Notes: generated by a model not told the origin, from the sequence alone. A stretch of DNA of 64,000 nt from Eledone cirrhosa (GCA_964016885.1 OZ024763.1:21762001-21826000), one strand, 5' to 3'; positions 42,655 through 56,210 are shown, counted from the first letter of the stretch. Translations and numbers: made by a program.

Positions 42655-44205
42655 TGTGGTTGTTGTTGTGATGTTTGTGGTTGTTGTTGTGGTTGTTGTG
42701 GTTGTTGTGATGATTGTGGTGTTTGTTGTTGTGGTTGTGGTGGTTGTTGTGGTTGTTGTGATGGTTGTTGTGATGGTTGTGGTTGTTGTGGTTGTTGTTG
42801 TGATGGTTGTGGTTGTTGTTGTGGTTGTTGTGATGGTTGTGGTGGTTGTTGTGATGGTTGTGGTTGTTGTTGTGATGGTTGTGGTGGTTGTTGTTGTGGT
42901 TGTTGTTGTGGTTGTTGTGATGGTTGTGGTGGTTGTTGTGATGGTTGTGGTGGTTGTTGTTGTGGTTGTTGTGATGGTTGTTGTGGTTGTTGTTTGTTGT
43001 GATGGTTGTGTTGGTTGTTGTGGTTGTTGTTGTGGTTGTGGTTGTTGTGGTTGTTGTTGTGATGGTTGTTGTGGTTGTTGTTGTGGTTATTGTGATGGTT
43101 GTGGTGGTTGTTGTTTGTTGTGATGGTTGTTGTGGTTGTTGTAGTTGTTGTGATGGTTGTGGTTGTTGTTGTGATGGTTGTGGTTGTTGTGGTTGTTGTG
43201 ATGGTTGTGGTGGTTGTTGTGGTTGTTGTGATGGTTGTGGTGGTTGTTGTGATGGTTGTTGTGATGGTTGTGGTTGTTGTGGTTGTTGTTGTGATGGTTG
43301 TGGTTGTTGTTGTGGTTGTTGTGATGGTTGTGGTGGTTGTTGTGATGGTTGTGGTTGTTGTTGTGATGGTTGTGGTGGTTGTTGTTGTGGTTGTTGTTGT
43401 GGTTGTTGTGATGGTTGTGGTGGTTGTTGTGATGGTTGTGGTGGTTGTTGTTGTGGTTGTTGTTGTGGTTGTTGTGATGGTTGTTGTGGTTGTTGTTTGT
43501 TGTGATGGTTGTGTTGGTTGTTGTGGTTGTTGTTGTGGTTGTGGTTGTTGTGGTTGTTGTTGTGATGGTTGTTGTGGTTGTTGTTGTGGTTATTGTGATG
43601 GTTGTGGTGGTTGTTGTTTGTTGTGATGGTTGTTGTGGTTGTTGTAGTTGTTGTGATGGTTGTGGTTGTTGTTGTGATGGTTGTGGTTGTTGTGGTTGTT
43701 GTGATGGTTGTGGTTGTTGTGATGGTTGTGGTGGTTGTTGTGGTTGTTGTGATGGTTGTGGTGGTTGTTGTGATGGTTGTTGTGGTTGTTGTGATGATTG
43801 TGGTGTTTGTTGTTGTTGTGATGGTTGTGGTGGTTGTGGTGGTTGTTGTGGTTGTTGTGATGGTTGTGGTGGTTGTTGTGGTTGTTGTGATGGTTGTTGT
43901 GATGGTTGTGGTGGTTGTTGTGGTTGTTGTGATGGTTGTTGTGGTTGTTGTGGTTGTTGTGATGGTTGTGGTTGTTGTTGTGGTGGTTGTGGTTATGGTT
44001 GTGGTTGTTGTTGTGGCTGTTGTTGTGGTTGTGGTGGTTGTTGTGGTTCTGGTTGTTGCTGTTGTGGTTGTTGTGATGGTTGTGGTGGTTGTTGTGGTTG
44101 TTGTGATGGTTGTGGTTGTTGTGGTTGTTGTGGTGGTTGTGGCTGTGATGGTTGTGGTTGTTGTGGCTGTGGTGGTTGTGGTTGTTGTTGTTATGGTTGT
44201 GTTAT
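42655..44205 (+). repeat. (GTT/GTG/GAT)n cryptic trinucleotide satellite with a 503-bp internal duplication
   Basis: Identical frameshifting motifs (gttgtttgttgt, ggttattgtg) recur 503 bp apart; ORF starts are 42978/43481 and 43099/43602. Confidence 0.9.
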
Positions 44206-44209
44206 TACA

Positions 44210-44480
44210 GGTACAGTTCATCTTATATGATAGTGTAAGTGGCTGAGCATCCTACAAACACTTGTACCTTTCAAGTTCTTCTCAGGGAGATTCAGCATGA
44301 CACAGTATGTGTGACAAAGCCGGCCCATTGAATTACAGGTACAACTCAATTTTGCCAGCTAAGTGAACTGGAGCAATATGAAATAAAGTGTCTTGCTCAA
44401 GGACACAATGCATCACTGGGAATTGAACTCATGACCTTAAGCTTGCAAGCCGAATGACCTAACCACTAAGCCGCATGTTT
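44210..44480 (-). mobile_element. tRNA-derived SINE (different 3' end)
   Basis: Reverse-strand A box (ggcttagtggttagg), B box (gagttcaattccc) and ccttgagcaagacacttt. Confidence 0.75.
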
Positions 44481-44585
44481 TCATTATACTTGCTATATAC
44501 TTTGGTACATGTATATAGCAAGTTACAGACTGCGCATCAACATGAGATATTTTTCTCCAGAAAGTTTGATCACCAACAGCAGAGT

Positions 44586-44792
44586 TTAACCCTTTAGCAT
44601 TTACATTACTCTATTGTATTGTTGTGGTAAGGGCTTTATCTTACATAATATCGGATCTATGAGATTTTGATATTATTTATGTTGAGAACAGTACTTCAAT
44701 GTCAGCTTAAGTGGCAGGTTGCAACAAGTTTGAACAGAAAGAGGTGAGAGAATTCTGGCCAAATATGGCCGGTTTAAATCCTAATGGGTTAA
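44586..44792 (+). mobile_element. piggyBac-like MITE (~200 bp), monomeric copy
   Basis: TTAA-CCCTTTAGCATTTA ... TAAATCCTAATGGG-TTAA; homologous to 58446-60334. Confidence 0.8.
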
Positions 44793-44793
44793 A

Positions 44794-45028
44794 GAGCAAA
44801 GATCAAGTCCAGTCCATAGGTTGACATTATCAAGCCATCATTTTAGCTGCTGGCCTCTGCTTCTCTAACCAGAGCAAGATCAAGTCCAGTCCATAGGTTG
44901 ACATTATCAAGCCATCATTTTAGCTGCAGGCCTCTGCTTCTCTTACCAAAGCAAAGATCAAGTCCAGTCCATAGGTTGACATTATCAAGCCATCGTTTTG
45001 GCTGCTGGTCTCTGCTTCTATTACCAGC
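44794..45028 (+). repeat. ~77-bp tandem triplication
   Basis: agatcaagtccagtccataggttgacattatcaagccatc occurs three times. Confidence 0.9.
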
Positions 45029-45669
45029 CAACCTACCTTCCAGACATAACCTACTCACACCACGAGTTGATCTTTTTATATGACCGTATAGTTTGAGTAC
45101 TCTTCACTTGACAATTGATGTAATTGGTCTAAGTCTGGTAATGTTGAGCAGCTCACAGATACAGATATGTTTTCATTATTTTCATGTAAATATTCTTTAA
45201 TAAAACATCTTTATTGCGGCTAGATATTTAGTTTGTAATTACTCTCTCCCAGACAATGTTACCGTGTTAGATCTTGGCTATTTATAATCACCAATATTAT
45301 TACCATTATTAGTATTATTTTGGGGTATTTGTATTTTTCCTTTTAATAATTCCAATATCTCAGACATAATTATACGTCACCATTCTATAGCACCACTGTT
45401 CTCTGTTATTCCTTCCTTCTGTAGATATTGCAGAAAATATCGGTGGAAATGGTAAACGTTATATTTCCTAGGAAATAAGTTTAGATGTTTAGAAAGTGGT
45501 GAATGGGGTTTGGAAATTAGAACAGGAATATAAGGCTTTGCCGTAACATTTGACTTAATAATATAATCTAATAATGGAGTTGATACCAGTATTAGACTAA
45601 ATAAGTTCTCTTCCAACAGATTGAGTACTATTTTCCTTTATCTTACATCTATGGACACTCAGATGGAAC

Positions 45670-45720
<51 letters not shown>

Positions 45721-45887
45721 AAGGAAATGTGGTAAGGAACCAGGTGGACCATAATGCACCAAAGTACTCAATACTTAGGGTAGTAGAGTGGGTAATAGGA
45801 ACGAGTAGTCCAGAATTAGCCGTCGAAACGGCTTGAGCTCAGCCGTCGGGGTCCTACTCGTTTCTATATATATATATATATATATAC

Positions 45888-46190
45888 AATATATTAATAA
45901 ATGGAAACTATATTTATAAAACCATAATTATTTTATTATATATATTTCAAGGACAACCAAGGCATTCTTGGTGCGCTTTCATCGGATAAAATACAAGATT
46001 TGTTTTATAAATATTGACATAACCGTGGAAAAAACAACCTTGACGGTTGAAAGTTCACTGGATAATATAAAATACAAATCTTGTATTTTATCTAATGAAA
46101 GTGCACCAAGAATGCCTTGGTTGTCCTTGGAATATATATAATAAAATAATTATGGTTTTATAAATATAGTTTCCATTTATTAATATATTT
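45888..46190. mobile_element. Penelope-like inverted pair (~120-bp arms), each arm carrying a mutated hammerhead
   Basis: Minus arm: ttttat-CCGATGA-aag..ctt-GAAA-tatata-TA-ataaaa. Plus arm: ttttat-CTAATGA-aag..ctt-GGAA. A copy with an intact core is at 61269-61329. Confidence 0.7.
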
Positions 46191-46636
46191 GAATATTTAC
46201 TCGAGTAATCAGTTGAGTGCTTTATGTCAGTTATAAACTTTTAAGGTTGTTGGAATCCCAACAAATTAAATATAACTTCTGCATATATATATTTATATAA
46301 ACATAAATTATCGAGATTCGCATTTTGGCCCACGAAATAACGAAAAACCCTAAGTATTGAGTACTTTGGTGCGTTATGGTCCATCTGGTTCCTTACCACA
46401 TTTCCTTCGTGTATATATATATATATAGGCTAAATGGTTAGAGCATTGGCCTTGCAATCGAAAGGTTGTGAGTTCAATTCTCAGACCGGGTAATGTGTTG
46501 TTTCCTTGAGCAAGACACTTTATTTCACATTGCTCCAGTTTCCTCAGCTGTAGAAAGGAGATGATAGGGACTGGGGTCCATATCATTCCACTGGCAAATT
46601 CAAAGTGTGAACAAAGGAATCGAATCCATTCCACAA

Positions 46637-46667
<31 letters not shown>

Positions 46668-46994
46668 TATAAATATTAATAAAATAGATGTTCTTTTGCT
46701 TCCAATCTGCTGTAAAGCTCATTCTTTGACACACTCATTGAATATTGTTTAACACTTTTATATATATATATATCAAAGTAATCGAGATATCGTTTAAGGT
46801 TACCTAGGCTCAGGTTACAAGTAATCTGTACCGATTATTTCAGTGTACGTTGATAGTTGACTCAACGAGATGTTTACTTAGGTTTTTAGACGGTAGATTC
46901 CAGAAAGTTTTGTGATTCGTAGTTCTTGGAGTAGTAATAACAAGTAAAATATGCAACAGCTATATTATATATATATATATTATATATATATATA

Positions 46995-47302
46995 AATGAA
47001 AAGTATAGAAATTATTGTAGCAAGAAGCCAACAGTATTCCATAATATATAAGTGACTATAGCGTCAAAATGGGAAAATAGTTAACGTAAGATGTGTGAAA
47101 AATAATTCAAACTCAATTCAAAAAGAATCAGGATATAGATTTATCCAACAGAATTTAGTGAAATCCATGGAAAAATCGATAGAGCGTTAACTCATGATAA
47201 AACAAAGTCTAAAGTACTCATCCTTCAATTTGGGACAACTACAAATGCTCTGTATAGTCTTGAAAAGACTATTTCATGAAAACTTTCAGTGGGGATGGTC
47301 AT
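46995..47302 (-). mobile_element. Penelope-like pLTR fragment truncated within its hammerhead; homologue of 62198-62580
   Basis: Colinear with the 62200-62497 copy; retains stem III and GAAA but ends before CTGATGA. Confidence 0.7.
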
Positions 47303-48109
47303 ATGTGTGTGTGTGTATGTGTGTACGAAGGAAGTGTGGTAAGGAACCAGGTGGACCATAACGCACCAGAGTACTCGATACTATGGGTAGTAGAGTGGGT
47401 TGATAGGAAAAGAGTCAGAACTCCGACAGCTGAAGTCCGAACGTTCTGAACTGAGTTCAGAACTAGCTGTCGGATCAGCCGGAGCTCAGCCGTCGGGGTC
47501 CCGACCCTTTTCCTATATATATATACATATATATAATATATATAGGAAAATGTTTGACCCCGGCGGCAGAGCTCAAGTCGTTTCGACTGCTATTTCTGGA
47601 CTGTGGTGCGTTATGGTCCATCTGGTTCCTTACCACACCTCCTTCGTTATATATATATATATATATATCATATGGCTGTTGCATATTTTATATAGAATTC
47701 TATCTTGCTGGGCTGGTACCATGGATGTAAAAGAGTTAAACTATATGATGTACTTCAGTACTATATAAGTGGGGCAGTAGTTACACCTCATTTGTCACAG
47801 ATTTAGAAGGAGTTCCCTTCTCTTTTATCTCTTTCAAACATTTCCTCTATATAAAGTATATAACATAAAAGTAATTATATTGATGTATCTCTTTCAACAT
47901 CTCTTGTTGAAGCACTCTATTTATAAAGTACATTATACCACCCCACCCACTCACAAAGTCCATTAGCCACACATACACACACATGTGTATACACACATAC
48001 ACGTGCATACAAGCACTCTAGTACACACAAAAAGTTCATTCTAAAAATATGAGTCATGTATCTAGTTTATAGTCACACCGTATATATTTTATTTCATGGT
48101 TTTCTGGCT

Positions 48110-49178
48110 CTCTGAACCTATAGCGAAGGAAACTTCTAGTGTTCTGGGTCCCTGTACAGAGAACAGTGGAGACTTATGGGGTTCTGTGACCCTGAACCTA
48201 TAACAGTGGAGACTTTAGGGTTCTATGATCCTTAACCTATAACAGTGGAGACTTTAGGGTTCTTGATCCCTGAATATATAACAGTGAAGACTTCTGGGGT
48301 TCTGAGACCCTTAACCTATAACAGTGGAGACTTTAGGGTTCTGTGACCCTGAACCTATAACAGTGGAGACTTTAGGGTTCTTGATCCCTGAATATATAAC
48401 AGTGAAGACTTCTGGGGTCCTGAGACCCTTAACCTATAACAGTGGAGACTTTAGGGTTCTGTGACCCTGAACCTATAACAGTGGAGACTTTAGGGTTCTT
48501 GATCCCTGAATATATAACAGTGAAGACTTCTGGGGTCCTGAGACCCTTAACCTATAACAGTGGAGACTTTAGGGTTCTGTGACCCTGAACCTATAACAGT
48601 GGAGATTTTAGGGTTCTTGATCCCTGAATATATAATAGCGAAGACTTCTGGGGTTCTGGATCCCTGAACATAACAGTGAAGACTTCTAGGGTTCTGCAAC
48701 CCTGAACCTATAACAGTGGAGACTTTAGGGTTCTGGATTCCTCAACATATAACAGTGGAGAATTCTAGGGTTCAGGATCATTCAACATATAACAGTGGAG
48801 ACTTTAGGGTTCTGTGACTCTGAACCTATAACAGTGGAGACTTTAGGGTTCTTGATCCCTGAATATATAACAGTGAAGACTTCTGGGGTTCTGAGACCCT
48901 GAACCTATAACAGTGGAAACTTTAGGGTTCTGGATCCCTGAACATAACAGAAGACTTCTGGGGTTCTGCAACGCTGAACCTCTAACAGTGGAGAATTCTA
49001 GGGTTCTGGATCCCTCAACATATAACAGTGGAGAATTCTAGGGTTCTGGATCCCTCAACATATAACAGTGGAGAATTCTAGGGTTCTGGATCCCTCAACA
49101 TATAACAGTGGAGAATTCTAGGGTTCTGGATCCCTCAACATATAACAGTGGAGAATTCTAGGGTTCTGGATCCCTCAC
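48110..49178 (+). repeat. 39-40-bp minisatellite with a 118-bp trimeric higher-order unit
   Basis: aacagtg at 48202, 48241, 48280, 48320 and 48359; homogeneous 40-mers at 49021-49178. Confidence 0.9.
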
Positions 49179-49179
49179 A

Positions 49180-50443
49180 TTATACTAAGGTGTATCATAA
49201 TGTTACTAAGGTGTATCATAATGTTACTAAGGTGTATCATAATGTTACTAAGGTGTATCATAATGTTACTAAGATGTATCATAATGTTACTAAGATGTAT
49301 CATAATGTTACTAAGATGTATCATAATGTTACTAAGGTGTATCATAATGTTACTAAGGTGTATCATAATGTTACTAAGGTGTATCATAATGTTACTAAGG
49401 TGTATCATAATGTTACTAAGATGTATCATAATGTTACTAAGATGTATCATAATGTTACTAAGGTGTATCATAATGTTACTAAGATGTATCAATGTTACTA
49501 AGATATATCATAATGTTACTACGATGTATCATAATGTTACTAAGATGTATCAATGTTACTAAGGTGTATCATAATGTTACTAAGGTGTATCATAATGTTA
49601 CTAAGATGTATCATAATATTACTAAGATGTATCATAATATTACTAAGATGTATCATGTTACTAAGATGTATCATAATGTTACTAAGATGTATCATAATGT
49701 TACTAAGATGTATCATAATGTTACTAAGATGTATCATAATGTTACTAAGATGTATCATAATATTACTAAGATGTATCAATGTTACTAAGATGTATCATAA
49801 TATTACTAAGATGTATCATAATATTACTAAGATGTATCATAATATTACTAAGATGTATCATAATGTTACTAAGATGTATCATAATATTACTAAGATGTAT
49901 CATAATATTACTAAGATGTATCATAATATTACTAAGATGTATCATAATGTTACTAAGATGTATCATAATGTTACTAAGATGTATCATAATATTACTAAGA
50001 TGTATCATAATATTACTAAGATGTATCATAATGTTACTAAGATGTATCATAATATTACTAAGATGTATCATGTTACTAAGATGTATCAATGTTACTAAGA
50101 TGTATCAATGTTACTAAGATGTATCAATGTTACTAAGATGTATCATAATGTTACTAAGATGTATCATAATGTTACTAAGATGTATCATAATGTTACTAAG
50201 ATGTATCATAATGTTACTAAGATGTATCATAATGTTACTAAGATGTATCATAATGTTACTAAGATGTATCATAATGTTACTAAGATGTATCATAATGTTA
50301 CTAAGATGTATCATAATGTTACTAAGATGTATCATAATGTTACTAAGATGTATCATAATGTTACTAAGATGTATCATAATGTTACTAAGATGTATCATAA
50401 TGTTACTAAGATGTATCATAATGTTACTAAGATGTATCATAAC
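49180..50443 (+). repeat. 21-bp minisatellite (aatgttactaagatgtatcat), ~60 units
   Basis: Directly visible; ends ~30 nt before the CAMTA acceptor. Confidence 0.97.
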
Positions 50444-50472
50444 ATCCATTGTTATCTTCTCTCTTATTTCAG

Positions 50473-50544
50473 TGTATTTATGGATCATACGTACACTCAG
50501 CTATACTGCCTACGTTTCATCGTAGATGTTATTGGTTACTACAG
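50473..50544 (+). CDS. CAMTA: CAMTA coding exon, CG-1 domain part 3: [24 protein letters not shown]
   Basis: cttctctcttatttcag| acceptor, CAG|gtgagt donor, 72 nt, phase 0 to 0. Matches the conserved [20 protein letters not shown] motif. Confidence 0.98.
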
Positions 50545-50679
50545 GTGAGTTTATATATATATTTATATACATATATATACACATACATATACATACATAT
50601 TTCTGTCTTCCTTTCACTCCCTTATCTTCTCTCTCTATCTATCTATCTCTGTATATCAATTGGTTACTTCAGGTGAGTT

Positions 50680-50817
50680 TATATATATATTTACATATAT
50701 ATATATATATATTTACATATATATTTACATATATATTTACATATATATATATATATTTACATATATATTTATATATATATTTACATATATATTTACATAT
50801 ATATTTACATATATATT

Positions 50818-50854
<37 letters not shown>

Positions 50855-51323
50855 ATATATATGTATGTATGTATATATATATGTATGTATGTATGTATAT
50901 ATATATGTATGTATGTATGTATATATATATGTATGTATGTATGTATATATATATGTATGTATGTATGTATGTATATATATATGTATGTATGTACGTATGT
51001 ATATATATATGTATGTGTATATATATATATATATGTATGTATGTATATATATATATGTATGTATGTACGTATGTATATATATATGTATGTGTATATATAT
51101 ATATATATGTGTGTGTGTATATATATCTATATATATAACTATATATATGTATATATATATATGTTTTTATATTTATGTGTATATATATATATGTATATAT
51201 ATATATGTATATATATATATGTATATATATGGGTATATATATATATGTTTTTATATTTATGTATATATATATATATATATATGCATATATATATATATAT
51301 GTATATATATATGTATATATATG

Positions 51324-51356
<33 letters not shown>

Positions 51357-51520
51357 GTATATATATATGTATATATATATATATATGTGTGTATATATAT
51401 ATATGTATATATATGTGTATATATATATGTATATATATACATGCATATATATATATACATATATATATATACATATATATATATACATATATATATATAC
51501 ATATATATATATACATATTT
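50680..51520. repeat. (TA)n/(TATG)n tract
   Basis: Directly visible. Confidence 0.95.
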
Positions 51521-52691
51521 CTTTCTTCCTCTCTCTCTCTCTCTCTCTTTCTATCTCTATATATCAATTTTTCTATTTGTTGTTCCACAACCAGCACTAT
51601 CTCCTTGGAATGATACAGCTCTCTCTCCCTCCCTCCCTCCCCCCTCTCTCTCTCTCTCTCTCTTCCTTATCCCTATCTGAATGTTGTTCTTGATGTTGTT
51701 GCTATTGCTCACATTTAAAATTATTATTATTATTATTATTATTATTTTCATTTTTTTTTCAAATTTTTTAAATATTATTTATCTAAAAAAAAAAACAAAA
51801 AAAAAACAAACAAAAAAAAATTAAACAAAACCCAAGACAAATCAAATGCAAATTTATGCATTTATTAGCCAATTATATTCAAAATTTGTTTGGTTTGATG
51901 GTTTTTTTATTTTTATTCTGGTGTTTTTTTTAAATATATATATAATTGTTTCTGTGAAGATGATAGTGATGCTACATATTCCAGAGTCTCGAATAATCAT
52001 CTCCCGCTCCCCCGCTTATTAATTTTTCAGAATTTATCCAAACCACCACCCTCCTCCGCTTTTATTCCCCCCTCCAATCCAGACCCGCTTATTAAATTTT
52101 GCTAATCTATCTCTGCCGAAATTTTGTTTTAAGTGGTTGCATTCCTGCGACAATTAATTTTCTTTATATGTTAAAAAACATTATAATTGACCGAAAAAGA
52201 ACATTACTTATGTTAATTAATTTGCTGTGGGGTGGGGTCACGGTTGATTTGAATTTAACCCCACACTGAGTATGGCAATAACTCTTTTAATTGCACACAA
52301 ACACTCATACACACATATAGACACAAACACACACACTCAAACACACACATACAGACACAAACACACACACTCAAACACTCACACATATATAAGATGGGTT
52401 TCTGCTTCTGCCGTTTCTGTCTACGAAATTCCACACACAAGGCATTGGTCAGTTTAAAGCTATAGTAGAAGACACTTGCCCAAGGTGCCACACAGTGGGG
52501 CTGAATCTGAAACCACAGGGTTGCAACATAAACCCTGTGAGGAGGGCCATGTAATACCCTCAGCACCCCCAACCCTTTTTCCAGAGAGACCTGCTTACAC
52601 ATAAATTGTAAATAATATATCTTAAATTAAATCGTTAATTTATATATAATAAATAATATAATATATACTATGTATAAATAAATATATATAT

Positions 52692-52906
52692 TTTTATAAG
52701 TCGTTTGGAAGCCTCGACAATGCAAATGTGTTGTTATTATTATTTTTATTCTTTTACTCTTCCCTTCATTCTACACATCTCACACATCTTATACACACCA
52801 CGCATCTCAACGTACACCCACTTACATATCTCTCTCTCCACCACCGGACCTTGTTACCCGGAGATTTACCCATTTGCATTGTCGAGGCTTCCAAACGACT
52901 TATAAA
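52692..52906. mobile_element. MITE-like element with ~36-bp perfect terminal inverted repeats
   Basis: tttataagtcgtttggaagcctcgacaatgcaaatg ... catttgcattgtcgaggcttccaaacgacttataaa. Confidence 0.75.
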
Positions 52907-53479
52907 TATTTACTTATTGTTCCACAATGCTTCAAGCAAACTTCAATACTCTCATATATTTTTATTTTACTATATTTATATATAATATGTATCATCTGAT
53001 ATTTAATATACTATTATATTATCTCTACACCCCCCCCCCCCCCCCCAACTGCCAAAATTAGGCTCCAGCTACTCCCTGGACCTTCTCAAACCCCCTCTCC
53101 CGGAGGGAAGTAGCGCCCACATTGTGAACCTCTGCTTTAACTACACTGCCAAGCCTATGAGGGCCAGTAGCTTAGTGGTTAGAGAATTGGATTTGCAATT
53201 GTGAGGTTACTAGCTTGATTACAAGATTGTGCGAAGCATTATGTCCTTGAGCAAGATACTTTATTTCATGTTGCTCTTTCCATCAGAGGTTGTGTCTGAT
53301 AGACAGTAGATAGTATCAGCAATGGAAAGACCAATAGAAACATTGTTTCTTTGGTCTGATTTGCCGAGTTCCGCCCTACTCTGCAAGTTAAAGAGGTTTG
53401 GAATCTTGTCAATTAATTCGATCAATTGATGTCTCTGAAGGGACTTTGAGGTAACATTACTCGATAGAGTGTGTAGCTT

Positions 53480-53800
53480 GGAGATCATGGAGTTACTTCA
53501 GTTAGAGCTGGTACTTCTCCGAATTGAAAGATCACAGTTCCGATACTATGGGCATGTGGTTAGGATGCCTCAATAAAGAATCGCTGGATAGATTTTATGG
53601 GCAAAGCCAACTGGCAGGAGACCCAAAGGTAGACTCACTCTGAACAAGGTGGTTGGGTAACATTAAAGAGATTGGCTGGTCTCGCTTGTGGATCCATCCG
53701 GATCAATTGGGGACAGGACCCACTGGAAGGAGTGTTTGAGGACTCGGCCACCACGACCCTCCCAGGAATAAGTGGACGAAGAAGGTAAAGAAGAAGAAGA
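53480..53800 (+). mobile_element. RTE-clade LINE 3' fragment, unamplified monomer of the segment arrayed at 6 kb and 25 kb
   Basis: Translates ELLQLELVLLRIERSQFRYYGHVVRMPQ*RIAG*ILWAKPTGRRPKGR; (GAA)n tail. Confidence 0.85.
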
Positions 53801-53829
53801 ACCCATGGTTGTGCTAGCATTTATTATTT

Positions 53830-54530
53830 TGATTGGCAGTATCGGTAGAGCGCCGGACACTCTGTTTTACAGCAAACAGTTACTCCCCTTTATGATCTGA
53901 GTTCAAATCCCGCCGATGTTAACGTTGCCTTTCATCCTTACAGGGCTGATAAAATAAAGTACCAGTAATGCACTGGGGTAATTGATGACCTTGTGCCAAA
54001 AGTAGAAGCCATCCGCCGAGGTTAACTTTGCCTTTCATCCTTATGGAGTCAATAAAATAAAGTACCAGTAATACACTGGGATAATTGCTGGCCTTGTGCC
54101 AAAAGTAGAAACAATTATTATTATTATTAGGACGGTCAAGGGCGGTGGATTGGCAGTATCGGTAGAGGGTCGGGCGCCATGCTTTCCAGCATAGTTACGT
54201 CCCTTTACGATCTGAGTTCAAATCCCGCCGAGGTTGACTTTGCCTTTCATCCTTACGGGGTCGATAAAATAAAGTACCAGTAATGCACTGAGTAATTGCT
54301 GGCCTTGTGCCTAAAGTAGAAACAATTATTATTAGGACGGTGGTTTGGCAGTATCGGTAGAGGGTCGGACGCCATGCTTTGACGCATAGAGTTACGGCCC
54401 TTGCCATTCTGAGTTCAAATCCCGCCGAGGTTAACTTTGCCTTTCATCCTTACGGGGTCGATAAAATAAAGTACCAGTAATACACTGAGTAATTGCTGGC
54501 CTTGTGCCAAAAGTAGAAACAATTATTTTT
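53830..54530 (+). mobile_element. Head-to-tail cluster of ~4 Nin/Deu-domain SINE copies
   Basis: Same unit as 27000-27720. Confidence 0.8.
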
Positions 54531-54699
54531 ATATAGTTTGTTTAAGTGGTACATATCTGTTTTGGAAGATCTCGTTAGTTCCGTTTCTCCAGATTGGTTC
54601 ATTATCAGTCTGTAGAATAATAATAATTAGAGGAATTGGTAAATATTAGTTCTGGGTATATATCATGTTAATTATTATTGGCAACTAACTCTAACTGGT

Positions 54700-55141
54700 T
54701 ACTGTTGCTACTACTACTACTATTGCTGCTACTGCTGCTGTTACTACCACTACTACTAGTACTACTACTACTGCTACTACTTCTACTACTACTACTACTG
54801 CTGCTGCTGCTATTACAACTACTGCTGCTGTTACTACTACTACAGCAACAACCACCATCAACAACAACCACCACCACTACTACCACCATCAACAACAACC
54901 ACTACCATCAACAACAACCACCACCACTACCACCACCATCAACAACAACCACCACCATCACCACTACTACCACCACCATCACCACTACCACCACCACCAT
55001 CACCACTACCACCACCACCATCACCACTACCACCACCACCACCATCACCACTACCACCACGACCACCATTACCACTACCACAACCACCACCATCACCACT
55101 ACCACTACCACCACCAACACCACTACCACTACCACCACCAA
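54700..55141 (+). repeat. (CTA/CTG)n and (CAC/CAT)n microsatellites
   Basis: Directly visible. Confidence 0.9.
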
Positions 55142-55142
55142 C

Positions 55143-56210
55143 ATGGATATCAGACAGTACAGTATATACATTCTCTGAATATCAGTGGATATGCTATATT
55201 CTTTAGATATCAGACAATACAGTATAGTTTCTATGGATAGCAATCGATACAGTATACATATTCTGGATATCAGTGGATATGCTACAGTTTCTATGGATAT
55301 CAGACGATACAGTATGTATTCTTTGGATATCAGTGGATATGCTACAGTTTCTATGGATATCAGATGATACAGTACGTATTCTCTGGATATCAGTGGATAT
55401 GCTACAGTTTCTATGGATATCAGATGATACAGTATGTATTCTCTGGATATCAGTGGATATGCTACAGTTTCTATGGATATCAGACGATGCAGTATGTATT
55501 CTCTGGATATCAGTGGATATGCTACAGTTTCTATGGATATCAGACGATGCCGTATGTATTCTCTGGATATCAGTGGATATGGTATAGTGTCGAGATATCA
55601 GGCAACACAGTATGTAATCTCTAGATATCAGACAATACAGTATAGTTTCTATGGATATCAATGGGCACACTACATTTTCTATAGACATCATTATATATTC
55701 TATGGACATCATTAAATATTCTGTGGATATCATTATATATTCTGTGGATATCATTATGTATTCTGATGATATCCGTAAATATTCTGTGGATATCATTATA
55801 TATTCTGTGGATATCATTATATATTCTGATGATATCCGTAAATATTCTGTGGATATCATTATATATTCTGTGGATATCATTATATATTCTGATGATATCC
55901 GTAAATATTCTGTGGATATCATTATATATTCTGTGGATATCATTATATATTCTGATGATATCCATAAATATTCTGTGGATATCATTATATATTCTGTGGA
56001 TATCATTATATATTCTGATGATATCCATAAATATTCTGTGGATATCATTATATATTCTGTGGATATCATTATATATTCTGATGATATCCGTAAATATTCT
56101 GTGGATATCATTATATATTCTGTGGATATCATTATATATTCTGTGGATATGCTATGACTTCTATGGATATTAGTGGATATGCCATAGTTTCTCTGGATAT
56201 CAGATAACAC
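55143..56210 (+). repeat. GATATC-rich compound satellite: 60-bp units (55143-55660) then 21-bp units in a 63-bp trimer (55690-56150)
   Basis: Period 60 in register with the 60-nt lines; then (ctgtggatatcattatatatt)x2 + ctgatgatatccgtaaatatt. Confidence 0.92.

Noticed and set aside
42626-44246. Cys/Gly-rich (metallothionein- or keratin-associated-like) and Thr/Gln-rich ORFs
   Set aside because: Translations of a trinucleotide satellite with frameshifts; no splice or start context.
48110-50443. CRISPR-like regular repeats
   Set aside because: No unique spacers, no cas genes, eukaryotic context; ordinary minisatellites.
55760-56090. Repeated CTGATGA motifs as hammerhead cores
   Set aside because: Part of the 63-bp satellite, with no GAAA box or stems; CTGATGA at 27872 and 35321 also lacks the fold.
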